From a virus (lineage: Duplodnaviria; Caudoviricetes): a stretch of DNA of 55,002 nucleotides. The DNA lies in IMG/VR virus record IMGVR_UViG_3300011339_001338, positions 1-55,002 of that record. One strand, written 5' to 3'. The notes below the pieces were generated by a model. The model made no database searches. It saw only the letters and a list, made by a program, of their open reading frames with translations, and was not told where the DNA came from. Positions within the stretch are counted from its first letter, which is position 1. Every line of letters starts with the position of its first letter. Shown in pieces: positions 1 through 11,000 of the stretch. The translations under genes and the position numbers were made by a program.

Positions 1-1
1 T

Positions 2-454
2 TTTGTCGAGGATTCCTTCGTTCTTGTAGTTGTGCTTAAAACGCAAGAACTTTACTCCGTCCTCAGGTGCGTCTTTGTCAATAACTTTAACGATGTAAAA
101 TTTACGAGCCTTATATTGTTTTGCAAGTTCCTTATCAGAAGCTTTGCCAGTCATCATAAGTTCATCGTGAATTTCGTTAAGGGGTGAACGCTCGTTGTCG
201 TTTTTACCTGGGTCGTAGATTTTATTCCATTTGCCAGCAACTTGAACTTCGTGGAACCATACTTCTTTAAACGGTGATGAACCGTCAGTTGTAGGTAGGA
301 CTCGAAGTCGCTTTTGTCCTGTTGATTTTCCTTGTGGTAGAATTGCCGCGAAGTATTTCTTCATACGGTCTTCTTGTGAAATTTTACTACCACCTGTGTT
401 TGATTTCGCTTTTTCATACTGAGCGAGAACAGCATCTAAAGAATTTGTCGCCAT
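2..454 (-). CDS. Single-stranded DNA-binding protein, T4 gp32-like (N-terminal part; runs off the window start)
   Basis: Not in the ORF track. Manual translation from ATG at 454 gives MATNSLDAVLAQYEKAK...KRLRVLPTTDGSSPFKEVWFHEVQVAGKWNKIYDPGKNDNERSPLNE...ARKFYIVKVIDKDAPEDGVKFLRF, open to the edge. The R-x-LP...PF...H and V-I-D...E-x-G-V-K pattern resembles gp32-family SSBs. Confidence 0.75.
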   Translation of the reverse strand, partial: MATNSLDAVLAQYEKAKSNTGGSKISQEDRMKKYFAAILPQGKSTGQKRLRVLPTTDGSSPFKEVWFHEVQVAGKWNKIYDPGKNDNERSPLNEIHDELMMTGKASDKELAKQYKARKFYIVKVIDKDAPEDGVKFLRFKHNYKNEGILDK

Positions 455-481
455 AAAATATATAATTTAAAAGTTAATATA

Positions 482-513
482 CAAAAGTAAGTGTGTCAGC
501 CGTAAAAGTCAAA
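482..513 (-). promoter_or_regulatory. Host-type promoter upstream of SSB, matching the Bacteroidota -33/-7 consensus
   Basis: Minus strand reads TTTG-ACTTTTACGGCTGACACACT(20 nt)-TACTTTTG, which fits TTTG-N19-21-TAnnTTTG. Confidence 0.6.
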
Positions 514-527
514 TAAGTAGAAAAATA

Positions 528-1181
528 TTAATACTTAACTTGTCTAAAGTCACCAGGTTCCGAGTAATCATTAAAAGTGGTCTTAATCTCAGATGGGGTA
601 TAATCTTCAACTTCATCAGTTGTTAAAACATATTCATTTTTTCCTGATTTTTGCATATCTTCTTGTTTGTCAGTAAAAAAATCTGTCAGTTTTTGATTAA
701 AGGGTCCTGAATCTAAACTTCTAAGTTCGAGTTTTTCTTGTTGTGTCTTGGGACGATATTGTTCTATTTTAGCTTCCAAATCATTCAATTTGGACATTAC
801 ATTATCCATATCAGATAATTTCTGTTCGAGATTTGATAATTGTGAAAATAGATTATTAAAATATTCTTCTTGTTTTGATTCAATGTTTTTTTGTGATTTT
901 ACAAGGTCGGTAATCTCAAGCTCTTCTGTACTATTTTCTTCCCCCTCTTCTCCAATTTTTTCAACATCAGGGTCAGCGGCAACATCAACAGGAGTTGTCT
1001 CAGCAGCTGGAGCCTCAGGTGTAGGCGTTACACCTGGCTCAGCAGGTGGAGCCCCTTCAGGTGCTGGTGGAACATCTTCACCAGGTGGTGGGATATCAGC
1101 CGGGGCCTCTTGTTCAGTTATATAGCTATTAATACTATTATATCTTTTAAGTTCCTCTAAAATTGTTTCAGATATTCCCAT
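528..1181 (-). CDS. Hypothetical protein with Pro/Glu-rich linker and coiled coil
   Basis: 217 aa ORF with an acidic Pro-rich segment and a heptad-like stretch LSNLEQKLSDMDNVMSKLNDLEAKIE. Confidence 0.7.
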   Translation of the reverse strand: MGISETILEELKRYNSINSYITEQEAPADIPPPGEDVPPAPEGAPPAEPGVTPTPEAPAAETTPVDVAADPDVEKIGEEGEENSTEELEITDLVKSQKNIESKQEEYFNNLFSQLSNLEQKLSDMDNVMSKLNDLEAKIEQYRPKTQQEKLELRSLDSGPFNQKLTDFFTDKQEDMQKSGKNEYVLTTDEVEDYTPSEIKTTFNDYSEPGDFRQVKY

Positions 1182-1187
1182 TTTTTT

Positions 1188-1412
1188 TTATCCGTTTAAA
1201 AGTTGTTTAATACCACTCTTGGTCTCTACATTAATTTTTTTGTTTGACATATAAGTATTGTCAACTCTTTCAATAAGACCATCTTTCATTCTTATTGTAT
1301 AACAATCTCCAGTGTCCAAATCACACACTTCCTTAAATCCGTTTCCAGCATCTTTTTCTGTGATTCTTGTTTGTCTACCTAAGTAGTTATCTAAAAGTTG
1401 TTTAACATCCAT
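1188..1412 (-). CDS. Small hypothetical protein
   Basis: 74 aa ORF, operon-like spacing, preceded by TATTTATA. Confidence 0.7.
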   Translation of the reverse strand: MDVKQLLDNYLGRQTRITEKDAGNGFKEVCDLDTGDCYTIRMKDGLIERVDNTYMSNKKINVETKSGIKQLLNG

Positions 1413-1426
1413 AATCTTAATTTATA

Positions 1427-1434
1427 TATAAATA
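1427..1434 (-). promoter_or_regulatory. TATTTATA putative late promoter motif
   Basis: Recurrent sense-strand motif upstream of the ATG at 1412. Confidence 0.55.
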
Positions 1435-1440
1435 TATCAA

Positions 1441-4400
1441 TTATCCATAAGTGTTTAAATATGATTTAATTTGCTTGTAAGAATTTCTAACTCTTTCTTC
1501 TAAGTCATTTAATTCAGATGGATTAGTAGATTTAAATGATTCATATAAATTTTGAGTCCTTCCTGTTTTATCATATGGGAATTTTTCTATCCAATTCTTA
1601 GTAAATCCTGAAACAAAAACATTTTCATTGTTTACATTATCTAAATCAGTTGCAAATGTAGTCGAATACTTCTTGTATACAAATTCTATAGCATTATCTA
1701 AATTAGGGAATGAGGCAAACGCTTCTGTTTGTCCATTTGACCCAGTCAAACAAGCATAATTTCCATCAAAAAGATTTGAAATGTCACTCCACTTAGGAGT
1801 TCCTGGTGAAATAGGAATAAGTGCCGGATTATTCTGATAATATTGGAACGAACTCCCTTTGTAGGACTTAATATAGAATAAAGTGTACACCACATAAGCC
1901 TTGGTGTCTCCGCTATTACTACCATTATTCAATTGTCTAATCTTATCCAAAATAGAATTTTGCACATCTCTAACAGAAGTCGATTGTTGTTGTGGTGTTG
2001 TTACCGCAGTAAATGAAGCGTATGTTACATTTGGATTACAAATCGGGTTTTGTGAAGGAGTAACATTATTATTAATATTATTAGATACTGAATTTCTTTC
2101 TTGGATTGTGTTCTCTTCTAGTTTCTTTTCAGATTCTCTCTTTGTTTGTAAATCATTTATAAGTTTACTGACAAAATTACTTTTAATTGTTTCAATTAAT
2201 TTATTCTCAATAGGCGGAGTATATGTTTTTTGTCTAGTTCCAACCATTTTAGTTGTAAAATCAGATGAAGTTATAATATGTTCAACTTCGGTAATCATAT
2301 AAGGTCCGGCAAATAATGGCATATTCCTCAACACAAAATACATCATTGGTTGAATCATTGCATTTCCCATACAAGTTATAGTTGCCTGATAGGACCTTGT
2401 TTTATAAATTTTATATAAACTAACATTTTGAACTAAAGTATTAGTTCCTTTAGATACTTGTCCTAGTTCATATTCAGCAGTTAATGATTCTGATGTTGCC
2501 TTTCCTAAATCTTGAGAAACCTGAATTGTTTTAAAAATATTTTGATTCTGAATCCCAAAATCAACCGCTAATCCGACAGCTTTATTTGATAATGACCAAT
2601 CCTTTTTTGATTCTTTTAAAGATAAATCTTCCACAATTGGGTTAGTGGTTGATAAGTCAAAATTCCAACTATCATCTTTAAAACCATTTGTTTGACTTTT
2701 GTTGTTAAGTTGCTCAGAGCCTGTTTCAGTATAAAAACAAACCATTTTAGATTTCGAGTCTGTGTAATCAACTTCACTGTGAGTTCCGAACATTTTATTC
2801 GCAAATGATTCTTCGCTTTCATCTTGTCTATCATCACCAGCATTTGTAGCATTATAAAAATTTAAATAAGCGGGTAAATTATATGGAACAAAATTATGAT
2901 GTTTGACCAAACTTTCTATAACTGTATAGATTGTCATTTTATTATTTTCTTTCAGATAACTTATAACTTCAAAAATATCTACAATGACTTGACCTCCTAA
3001 ATTCCTACTACCTCTATCTAAAAATAATATGTCTTGAAATAATGTTTCTTTATTATAGTTGTTTGCAGCAACCCATTTATCATTTATTGATTTGAATAAA
3101 TAATAATATTCTAACTTTGTTTGGTCCCCAACTGTTTTAGAATTTTCTTCATTTTCTTTTGTAGTTGTTACAGTTGGTAAACTATTTTGAGTTTTAGTAT
3201 AAGTTCCGTCAAATATTAAATCTCTAAAACTATTTAAACTATCAATAAATTGAGCCATTTGGACTTGGAATCTTTCTGAGTTACTAACATTACCCAAATA
3301 TTTTTGCGTAGAGTATATTTTAATAATACTCGCAAAACGAATAATGTTATCAGAATTAAAAGCAATATTAAAATCAGGGAAAAAATCAGTTATTGTAGAG
3401 GCACTTCCAGCATATGCAACTCCGCTCAAAGATGAAAACCCAACATAAGTTTCAAGAGCTATCCAAGCCTCAGGGTGGTCTAGTCTTGATTGTAAAAACG
3501 ATTGAGTATTAGCCGATGTTGGCACCGCATTTGGGGTATTATCATTGTAATTTAATACATCTCCTTTAACACCTTTTAATGGATTTGCCGTAAAATAACT
3601 AAAGGTAGGGTAATTGAAATTGGTCGGATTACCTTTTTGTAATAAAATATTTTGATTTATGAAAGAATTAATATTTGAGTTAAAATTAATCTGTTGAGTT
3701 TTTTGAAACTTCTCAATCATTAAATTAGAATCCGCATCAAAAAAATCATTTCTATTAACTTGTAAACTTTTCTTTAGTATTGTTTGTATATTAAATGTAG
3801 AGGTGGTTTGTTTTTCACCTTTACTAAACTCTAAAAATTGTTGTTCAAACAAATCCAATTCTTCTTTTGTAAAAGTTCCAAATAAATCTTCAACATAATC
3901 TAATCTTGAGCTCTCACCATTAGAGTCGAGATATATGTTCCATGACCATTCATTTGCCCTTGTACTTGAAATATATTGGTTAGGCGGACTTAATCTATTT
4001 ATTGTTGGTAGATACCCAAAATGGGTTCCTCCCCAAAAAAACCTAACTGACCCATTGAACACTGAAGGGTTACCAAATACTTCACGGGTTGGGGAGGCGC
4101 CTGAAAAACATTCTGTTTTAACTTGTGTGTATCTCGAGCCAAAAGATGGTGCGGAAAAATAAAATTCTCCAGGATTATTATTGTCAACATTCTGTGAATT
4201 ATTCTTAAATAAGACACTTACAGTTGAGTATATTAAACTATTAGTTGGGGCATTGGTGTCATACCCGGCGGCCCCATAAATAAATGAATCACTGTTGTTT
4301 AATAAAACAACGCTACCATTATCAATTAAACTTTGTATTTCATCTTGTAGTGAAACTACGCTTTGATATAAATCTTCACCATTTAAAAAATAATAAAAAT

Positions 4401-7400
4401 CATTTAATGCCTGTGGATAGAATCCAACGGTAACAATATTATTGTTAATTAAATTTTGGTCGGTAACTGTCGCATTTAATCTAATTGTAAAATTCTGTTC
4501 CGTAGGGGTTGCCGCTGTTACTACTACGGACTGATTGGAAATGGGTACTGCCGAAAAATTATATGTTGTTTCGGGATTAACTGTTGCTGGGTCATAATAA
4601 AATGACGCATCTAAAGGTCCATTACTACCATCTAAAATATCAACATCAGTTTCAATCCAAGTTTTGTATCTATGCCAAATACTTCCAATTTTTGCGGCCC
4701 ATAATTTTGGTACGCTATGAATTGCTCCGTATTTTCTAAATGTAGGTCCAATATAATTGTTTTTAGTACCATCAGAATTTCTATATTGCCATTTTAAATT
4801 AGTAAGTGGTAAACTATTAAGAAATAACCAAGATGCTTGAATATATGGATTAGGACTTCCACTCTTTTCATTTTCCACCCCATTATGAATCGCAGCAATA
4901 AAATTAGGAGTATTAAGTATTGAACTAGTTGAGGAATTTATTGTTATTCCTGTTATTGAATTATCTATTCGACCTTCAGTAAATGACGACTTTGATGGAT
5001 TACTAACTTTATCATTATAAAATGATTTAATATCAGCACTGACCAAACTATAATCTATAACTGAACTTGTGCTAATAAAGAAATTAAATGGTCTATTTTT
5101 ACTGTTTTCGCCAGTGTCATTTAAAGCAGTATTTCCTAAATAATTTACTATCTTTTTATTTTTTGAATTATAAAAAAGTGATTCAGAGGTTTTATAAACT
5201 TTGCTAATATCAAAATTATTATTACCATCTCTTAAATTATCTTTATTCCATTCTGAAGATGCAAAAGGTAAAGTGTCGGTAAAATATAAACTATTCTTAT
5301 CTGTAGATTTTAGGTAAGTGTTCATAGTTTCTTCTACTTGGGAAGCATCTTTTTCAGTTGAGATTGAAACCGCACATGCCGGTATTTCTTCAGTTAAAAA
5401 CTTAGTATTATTCAATAATTCATCTCTAAGATACGGAGTAGTGTACTCACCTCTTAATAAAAATTCATATGTTTGAGGGGCATTTTGTGATAAGAATTGG
5501 AGATATAAGTCAGGGGTGAATTTGTATTCTTTTAATAAAGTAAGTAATTCATTACTGTTAGTTCCAATTCCAAGTTTTATATTTGACGCTTCAAATGCCT
5601 CCAAAAAATTAAGTATTGTTTCATATCTATCTAACCTTCCAAAACCTTGGTAGTGACAAATTGCCTGTATTCTTTCCCATATCTCATATAAAAATGGTGT
5701 TACTTGAAGATTAGAATAAGGTATATTGGATGGTGTGTCGAATGCCGAAATTAATAACCTTTGAATGGTTGATTGATTATCAATTGAGGGAGTAGTGTTT
5801 AATTGTTTTGGTAATCTTTCAAGATACGCCTTTTGGAATTCTTCAACAAATTGCACCTCAGGCCATACCTCGTAATTATCGGCGCCTGTTTCCCCTATAT
5901 AATTTGGGTCGCCAGGATATTTTAAATCATATTTTGGTTCACCATCTACCAATATTTGTTTATCAAATTCAGGCCATGGAAACACAGGAGAGTTAGGTTC
6001 ATTTTTAACATCATTTATAACTGATTGTTTTTTTCTTTCATCATCTCTAACATCAAAAGCTCTTGTATGAACTTTATCCATCATTCTCAAAAAACCATCT
6101 GTTGATGCCATAATAACCGCAAAAACATTCCTAATTGTTGGTTCGAACCCAATTCCGTTATCCGACTTTAATAAATTATTTATCCTCGCAGTTAATTCCA
6201 ATTCAATATCTTGAACCATCAAATTCAATGTTTTTTTCGCCTTATTTATCTCGTCAAGGAAAAAATTATCACCATCAAATCTAAACAAAAAAGGAATTTC
6301 AACAGGTTGTTTAGGAGGTTCTGATTCGGCTCTCTGTCTTTCTATCTGAATTCTTCTATCATCTAAAGTTTTTAATTCAAGATTAATTATATTCAATTGT
6401 GAATTAGTAGGTGTTTGAACTCCGAATCTTTCTCTAGCAGTTTCAGCAACATCAATTGTCCCAGGATTTGCTAAATAATATGGTTCAGGAACAATAGAAC
6501 GCTGTTTTATATTAACAGTAATTCTTCTTTCTCCTTTACCTCCCTTCACACCAAAAGTTGGTGCATCTTCTAATTTTTTAGTATATTCATTAATAATTGA
6601 ATTTAGTTTAGATAATGAATCATCAAATTTTAAATTATTAAAAACATCTTTATTGTATGTGTATACTTTAATTCTTTTATTATTTTCTAAAATAACATAG
6701 TATTTTGTAGTATCTAAAAACTCATACCTCCAAGATGGTGGAGTGGTTGCAATCATTATAGTTTGAGCAAAATCCGTAAGTATTGAATCAAAATTTTTAG
6801 CATCGGTCAACGCATCAGTTTCAACTTGACCTAACAATTCTTGGTATTTTTTTTCAAAACTTTCTAATCTTGAGATTAATTCCAAGATTGTTATTTGTGG
6901 GAAATTTTCATCAATTAATCCGAGTCTTTTATATGTGGCATAAACTTCATTCATCATATCCCTACCTTCTGAGCCTTGGTAGGAATTCATTGTAACACTA
7001 TTTGAATTTATCTGGTCGATTGACGCTTGCTCAGGTCCTGAAGGTTCGGTTTCAATTCTTTGATTTATCTGCCTTTGATACATTAAAGGTAATGATTTAG
7101 CGTAACCTAAAGCAATGTCAGTTAGCACATTAAATTTATATCCAATAAAATTCAGATTAATTATGAAATTACCACTAGTTTGGTCTAGTGAAGCATTAAA
7201 CTTTTGTAATATAAGAGGCATTCTCAAAGCCTTACCATAATACCCCTTTAGTGTAAGATAGAAAGTTGGGTATGGTAGGTTAAAAAAAACAGAATAAACA
7301 GAATTATCTTCAGATTCAAACAAAGCCCTTCCTCTAATATCTTCCAATGTGATATTAACCATAGGTATAAATTCTTGGTTCGCTCTGTAACTTATATTAG

Positions 7401-7734
7401 TAATACCTAAAAGTTCACTATTGATTGTATTTGGATTTGAGAAATTACTTTGTAGTTCAGTCCAATTTGTTGTTAAATAATCTTGGTTATTTGGTTTTAA
7501 AAAATTTACTTTAGATAGTCCAACCGTTACAAGTGTTTGACTATCTTCCCCAACTAACAATCTACTCCTTGGCGACACATTACACTCCAAATTTGCATAC
7601 ATTATTAAATCTTCTTGTCGCACATTTCTATCTTCACCAAACCCTCCGCTATTTAAAATTTTATTAGGGTCAATTAAAGTAATGTTATCAAAAGACTTAC
7701 TGTATATTATTTCAGAATCTAAGTTATTTGCCAT
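1441..7734 (-). CDS. Large baseplate hub-like protein (GpD/gp44/gp27-type) with large insertions
   Basis: 2097 aa. The motif GNAMIQPMMYFVLRNMPLFAGPYMITEVEHIITSSDFTTKMVG resembles the hub C-terminal barrel. It lies downstream of the tape measure, tube-initiator and LysM-like genes. Confidence 0.6.
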   Translation of the reverse strand: MANNLDSEIIYSKSFDNITLIDPNKILNSGGFGEDRNVRQEDLIMYANLECNVSPRSRLLVGEDSQTLVTVGLSKVNFLKPNNQDYLTTNWTELQSNFSNPNTINSELLGITNISYRANQEFIPMVNITLEDIRGRALFESEDNSVYSVFFNLPYPTFYLTLKGYYGKALRMPLILQKFNASLDQTSGNFIINLNFIGYKFNVLTDIALGYAKSLPLMYQRQINQRIETEPSGPEQASIDQINSNSVTMNSYQGSEGRDMMNEVYATYKRLGLIDENFPQITILELISRLESFEKKYQELLGQVETDALTDAKNFDSILTDFAQTIMIATTPPSWRYEFLDTTKYYVILENNKRIKVYTYNKDVFNNLKFDDSLSKLNSIINEYTKKLEDAPTFGVKGGKGERRITVNIKQRSIVPEPYYLANPGTIDVAETARERFGVQTPTNSQLNIINLELKTLDDRRIQIERQRAESEPPKQPVEIPFLFRFDGDNFFLDEINKAKKTLNLMVQDIELELTARINNLLKSDNGIGFEPTIRNVFAVIMASTDGFLRMMDKVHTRAFDVRDDERKKQSVINDVKNEPNSPVFPWPEFDKQILVDGEPKYDLKYPGDPNYIGETGADNYEVWPEVQFVEEFQKAYLERLPKQLNTTPSIDNQSTIQRLLISAFDTPSNIPYSNLQVTPFLYEIWERIQAICHYQGFGRLDRYETILNFLEAFEASNIKLGIGTNSNELLTLLKEYKFTPDLYLQFLSQNAPQTYEFLLRGEYTTPYLRDELLNNTKFLTEEIPACAVSISTEKDASQVEETMNTYLKSTDKNSLYFTDTLPFASSEWNKDNLRDGNNNFDISKVYKTSESLFYNSKNKKIVNYLGNTALNDTGENSKNRPFNFFISTSSVIDYSLVSADIKSFYNDKVSNPSKSSFTEGRIDNSITGITINSSTSSILNTPNFIAAIHNGVENEKSGSPNPYIQASWLFLNSLPLTNLKWQYRNSDGTKNNYIGPTFRKYGAIHSVPKLWAAKIGSIWHRYKTWIETDVDILDGSNGPLDASFYYDPATVNPETTYNFSAVPISNQSVVVTAATPTEQNFTIRLNATVTDQNLINNNIVTVGFYPQALNDFYYFLNGEDLYQSVVSLQDEIQSLIDNGSVVLLNNSDSFIYGAAGYDTNAPTNSLIYSTVSVLFKNNSQNVDNNNPGEFYFSAPSFGSRYTQVKTECFSGASPTREVFGNPSVFNGSVRFFWGGTHFGYLPTINRLSPPNQYISSTRANEWSWNIYLDSNGESSRLDYVEDLFGTFTKEELDLFEQQFLEFSKGEKQTTSTFNIQTILKKSLQVNRNDFFDADSNLMIEKFQKTQQINFNSNINSFINQNILLQKGNPTNFNYPTFSYFTANPLKGVKGDVLNYNDNTPNAVPTSANTQSFLQSRLDHPEAWIALETYVGFSSLSGVAYAGSASTITDFFPDFNIAFNSDNIIRFASIIKIYSTQKYLGNVSNSERFQVQMAQFIDSLNSFRDLIFDGTYTKTQNSLPTVTTTKENEENSKTVGDQTKLEYYYLFKSINDKWVAANNYNKETLFQDILFLDRGSRNLGGQVIVDIFEVISYLKENNKMTIYTVIESLVKHHNFVPYNLPAYLNFYNATNAGDDRQDESEESFANKMFGTHSEVDYTDSKSKMVCFYTETGSEQLNNKSQTNGFKDDSWNFDLSTTNPIVEDLSLKESKKDWSLSNKAVGLAVDFGIQNQNIFKTIQVSQDLGKATSESLTAEYELGQVSKGTNTLVQNVSLYKIYKTRSYQATITCMGNAMIQPMMYFVLRNMPLFAGPYMITEVEHIITSSDFTTKMVGTRQKTYTPPIENKLIETIKSNFVSKLINDLQTKRESEKKLEENTIQERNSVSNNINNNVTPSQNPICNPNVTYASFTAVTTPQQQSTSVRDVQNSILDKIRQLNNGSNSGDTKAYVVYTLFYIKSYKGSSFQYYQNNPALIPISPGTPKWSDISNLFDGNYACLTGSNGQTEAFASFPNLDNAIEFVYKKYSTTFATDLDNVNNENVFVSGFTKNWIEKFPYDKTGRTQNLYESFKSTNPSELNDLEERVRNSYKQIKSYLNTYG

Positions 7735-8047
7735 AGTAATAAAAATGGGTTTCTAGTGCCGACTTATAATCTAAAAGAGATGAAGTTAAAGGAAATGGTA
7801 TTTTTAGTGCAGTATTATCGGGAATATCAATTTCTGAACCTCCGTACTCGGGATTTGCCTGTAAAATTAACCACCCAAAATAAGGAGAACCATAATAAGT
7901 TTGCGATACTTTATCTAATCTAGAAATTCCAACTCTGTAAATATACATTTTATCGGTGCTTTTTGCCGGCAACTTAACATATGGAATTACAGTTTGTACT
8001 CCATTAACTATTAAATTTGTATATCTATTATAGTATTGTGATGCCAT
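7724..8047 (-). CDS. Baseplate wedge LysM-like protein (T4 gp53 / P2 gpX-like)
   Basis: RLDKVSQTYYGSPYFGWLILQANP...ALKIP is the typical LysM/gpX pattern; canonical position. Confidence 0.75.
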   Translation of the reverse strand: MASQYYNRYTNLIVNGVQTVIPYVKLPAKSTDKMYIYRVGISRLDKVSQTYYGSPYFGWLILQANPEYGGSEIDIPDNTALKIPFPLTSSLLDYKSALETHFYYYGK

Positions 8048-8049
8048 GG

Positions 8050-11000
8050 TTAATTATTAAATTGTTTTTTTCCGTTAAAGATTGTAGGGTCAACAATTGT
8101 ATTTACCGTTTTATATATATCTTTTATAGCCTCGGTTCTCCAATAGTTAACTGAAGTTAGAGGAGCATCTTGAGCTATTGTTGTAAAGCCCATTACTCTT
8201 TGTCTTGTACTTAAGCTTCTTCCTACACTATCTGTTGGGTTATATTTCGAATAAAACTTATATTGTGGTGTTGATTTAAAGTCGGTTAAGGATTCTGATT
8301 CCGCATTTTTCTCAGTTGTAAATTCAAATAACCAATTATTTGTTATAAAATTAGTAATAAACAACTTAGCATTATTATAGTACTCGGGTTGGACATTTTT
8401 AACAAGTGCATCTATTAATTCTGGTCTAGTATTATTATTTAAAACAATATTAGATAATAAAGTATAAACATAAAAATCTTTTGAATTACTAAAAGAAGTT
8501 ATTCCCGAATAATTTGTTATTGTTCCGCTAGTTGCACTACTATCATAAAATATACGATTTAACCCCAAACTATAAAAATTATTACTATCAGTCATAATTT
8601 GGACATAGTCCGTAGAAAACTGACCCAAAGTATTTTGGTTGTCTTCAGTTTCTCCGCTTAAAACATATAATTTAGCCGCCCCGTTTGCCAAAATTTTACC
8701 ATCACCCCCAACTCCAACTAAATCCATCTTTTGCATGTAAGTGGCAAATGCAAGTTGTACTTGAGTCATCTCTTGGATATAGGTTGCAACTTTTGTAAAG
8801 TTGTTTGATAGTACAGTATCAATATATGATTTGTAATTTTCTTTTATTTTGGATTTAACTGTTTCATTTATTGTTGGTGAGCCGCTAATTGCGAATATCA
8901 AGCTATCAGTTTCATTATTTATATTAGACTTAACAATATCACCAATTCTTGATAGACTAGTTTCCCAATTACCTTGTTTACCTAAAATATTTAAAATTAA
9001 ATTATTCGGGAAATAAGTGTTTAGATAATACCCAAATGTAAATGCTCTACTATAATTAACTTGAGCCCACACGCTCATATTATATTCATTAACAAAAGTT
9101 TCATAATTATTCAATATTCCAACAAAATAATTACTTGTGGTATCAATAAAACCATTAAAGAAATCATTGTACCTATTTGTTCCAGTTTGGATTCCGTCGT
9201 CCGCAATCTGTAAAGTAAGTGAAACCCCTAATAAAGTTCCTCCCTCGTTTTGTACAGTATCATTAACATTATTTACGGTAACTAAAGGTTCTTCATTTCT
9301 AATGGAATCAATTAAAGCCTTGTCAACAGCCTCATTAGATACTGTTTCATCAGCCCTTTCATCATCCATTTCAGTATTCGCATAGTAATTAAATGATAAA
9401 GCATTTTGTAATTTCTCAACAGGTCCTTTAAGTCCGTGCCCACCAATCATATCAAAACTTAAAGTAACTTTCGCAATCATTGGTTGAACCCCGATTCCTT
9501 CAGGATTAATGTCTAATAAATTTTCATATGTTATTGATAAAGAGTTAGGGATTATCTTTGTATTATAAAAATCACCAAATCTTAAAATTAAAACTGGCGG
9601 TGAACCAAAGTTTGTATTAAACGAATCTGTTATAACAGTTTCATTATCGCTTATTTTTGTCGGTATGGTTCTACCAGGTCTTACACATTGTTGTAAGAAA
9701 ACTAATCTTGAATTTAATCCTTCAGGTGTTATAGCGTGAAAAGCCGGATTGAAAAATTTAAATCTTTGAGTTATTGACTCGTATATAATTTTATCAGTAT
9801 TTTTTATAACTTCAAAATAACTACACTCAGTTAATAATTCTCTAATAATTTTTTTACTAACTCCTCTGACTTTGTTTTCTATCTGAGGTTGTTGTTCTGG
9901 TTTTTTACCAAAATTCGCATCGGGATTTGGGATGTTTTCATCGCTTTGTGTTTCAGCACCTGATGAATCAGTTGGTTTATTTGGAGTTACAATAATGTTA
10001 GATATTCTAACTGCTCTGCAAGCCGCCGCCTCAAATGAATTTATCGGTGGAGTAATACTGGAATTATTACAATTAATAGAATCCCCAACACCACTCGATG
10101 TTGTTAGTCCTGATACCGAATCAACTGTACCTAAATTCTTTTTCTTGAAAACTATCTTACCATTTGACACATAGTCGGATATTCTTTTGTTATTCGATAA
10201 AACGGATTCTGTAAAGAATAGTACTGCCGAATCAAACCAAGCCGTAGATATAATATCATTATTTGCTCTTCCTAATACTCTTGTACCATCAAAAGTAATT
10301 TCAATTATACCTTCATCATTTTCTAATATATTTTTTATTTGTTCCTTTAAATCATTCATCTTTGAATAATTTGTTGTAATAAAATCATTAAAAAATAGGG
10401 TCATTTGTACCTGTTGAGCTCCTCCGATATAGGAGTTCCTACTCGCAACATAGTTGTCGTAAATTGTGTTATAATTAGTGGTACCTTCAGTTCCAGAAAA
10501 AACATAAGGGAAATAAAACCCGTAGTTAATATAGTCCCCAAAAACATCAGTTTGTGATTCAGTAATGTTTTGAGCACCAGTATCTCCCGCAGAATTTAAA
10601 GCCTCTTTTTTATCTTCATTAGTCGTTTGATTACTTTGTAAAACTTGTTGGTAAGCCTCTTCAATAGTTGTGCGACTCAAAGTACTATATCTTTGAGCCA
10701 ATTCATATATGTCATATTTTTGACAACCAGCAAAGAAAGAGGCCATGACTTGAGTTGCAGTATTATCATCTTCTCTTTCTAAAACTTTTTTAGTTATCAA
10801 ATTTGAAATCGATGGGTGGTCGACAATAATTGACCAACTAATACTTGAACTTCTGCTTGTATTTTCATAAGTGTAAACAGGCTCAGGTCTTCCTAAGAAG
10901 TTAGTTTGGTTAAACTTAGGACTAGAACTTTCTTGACCCAAAGTAATATCATACGGAGGGAACCACATAATTCTTCCACCATTTGGTCCTTTTTCACAGT

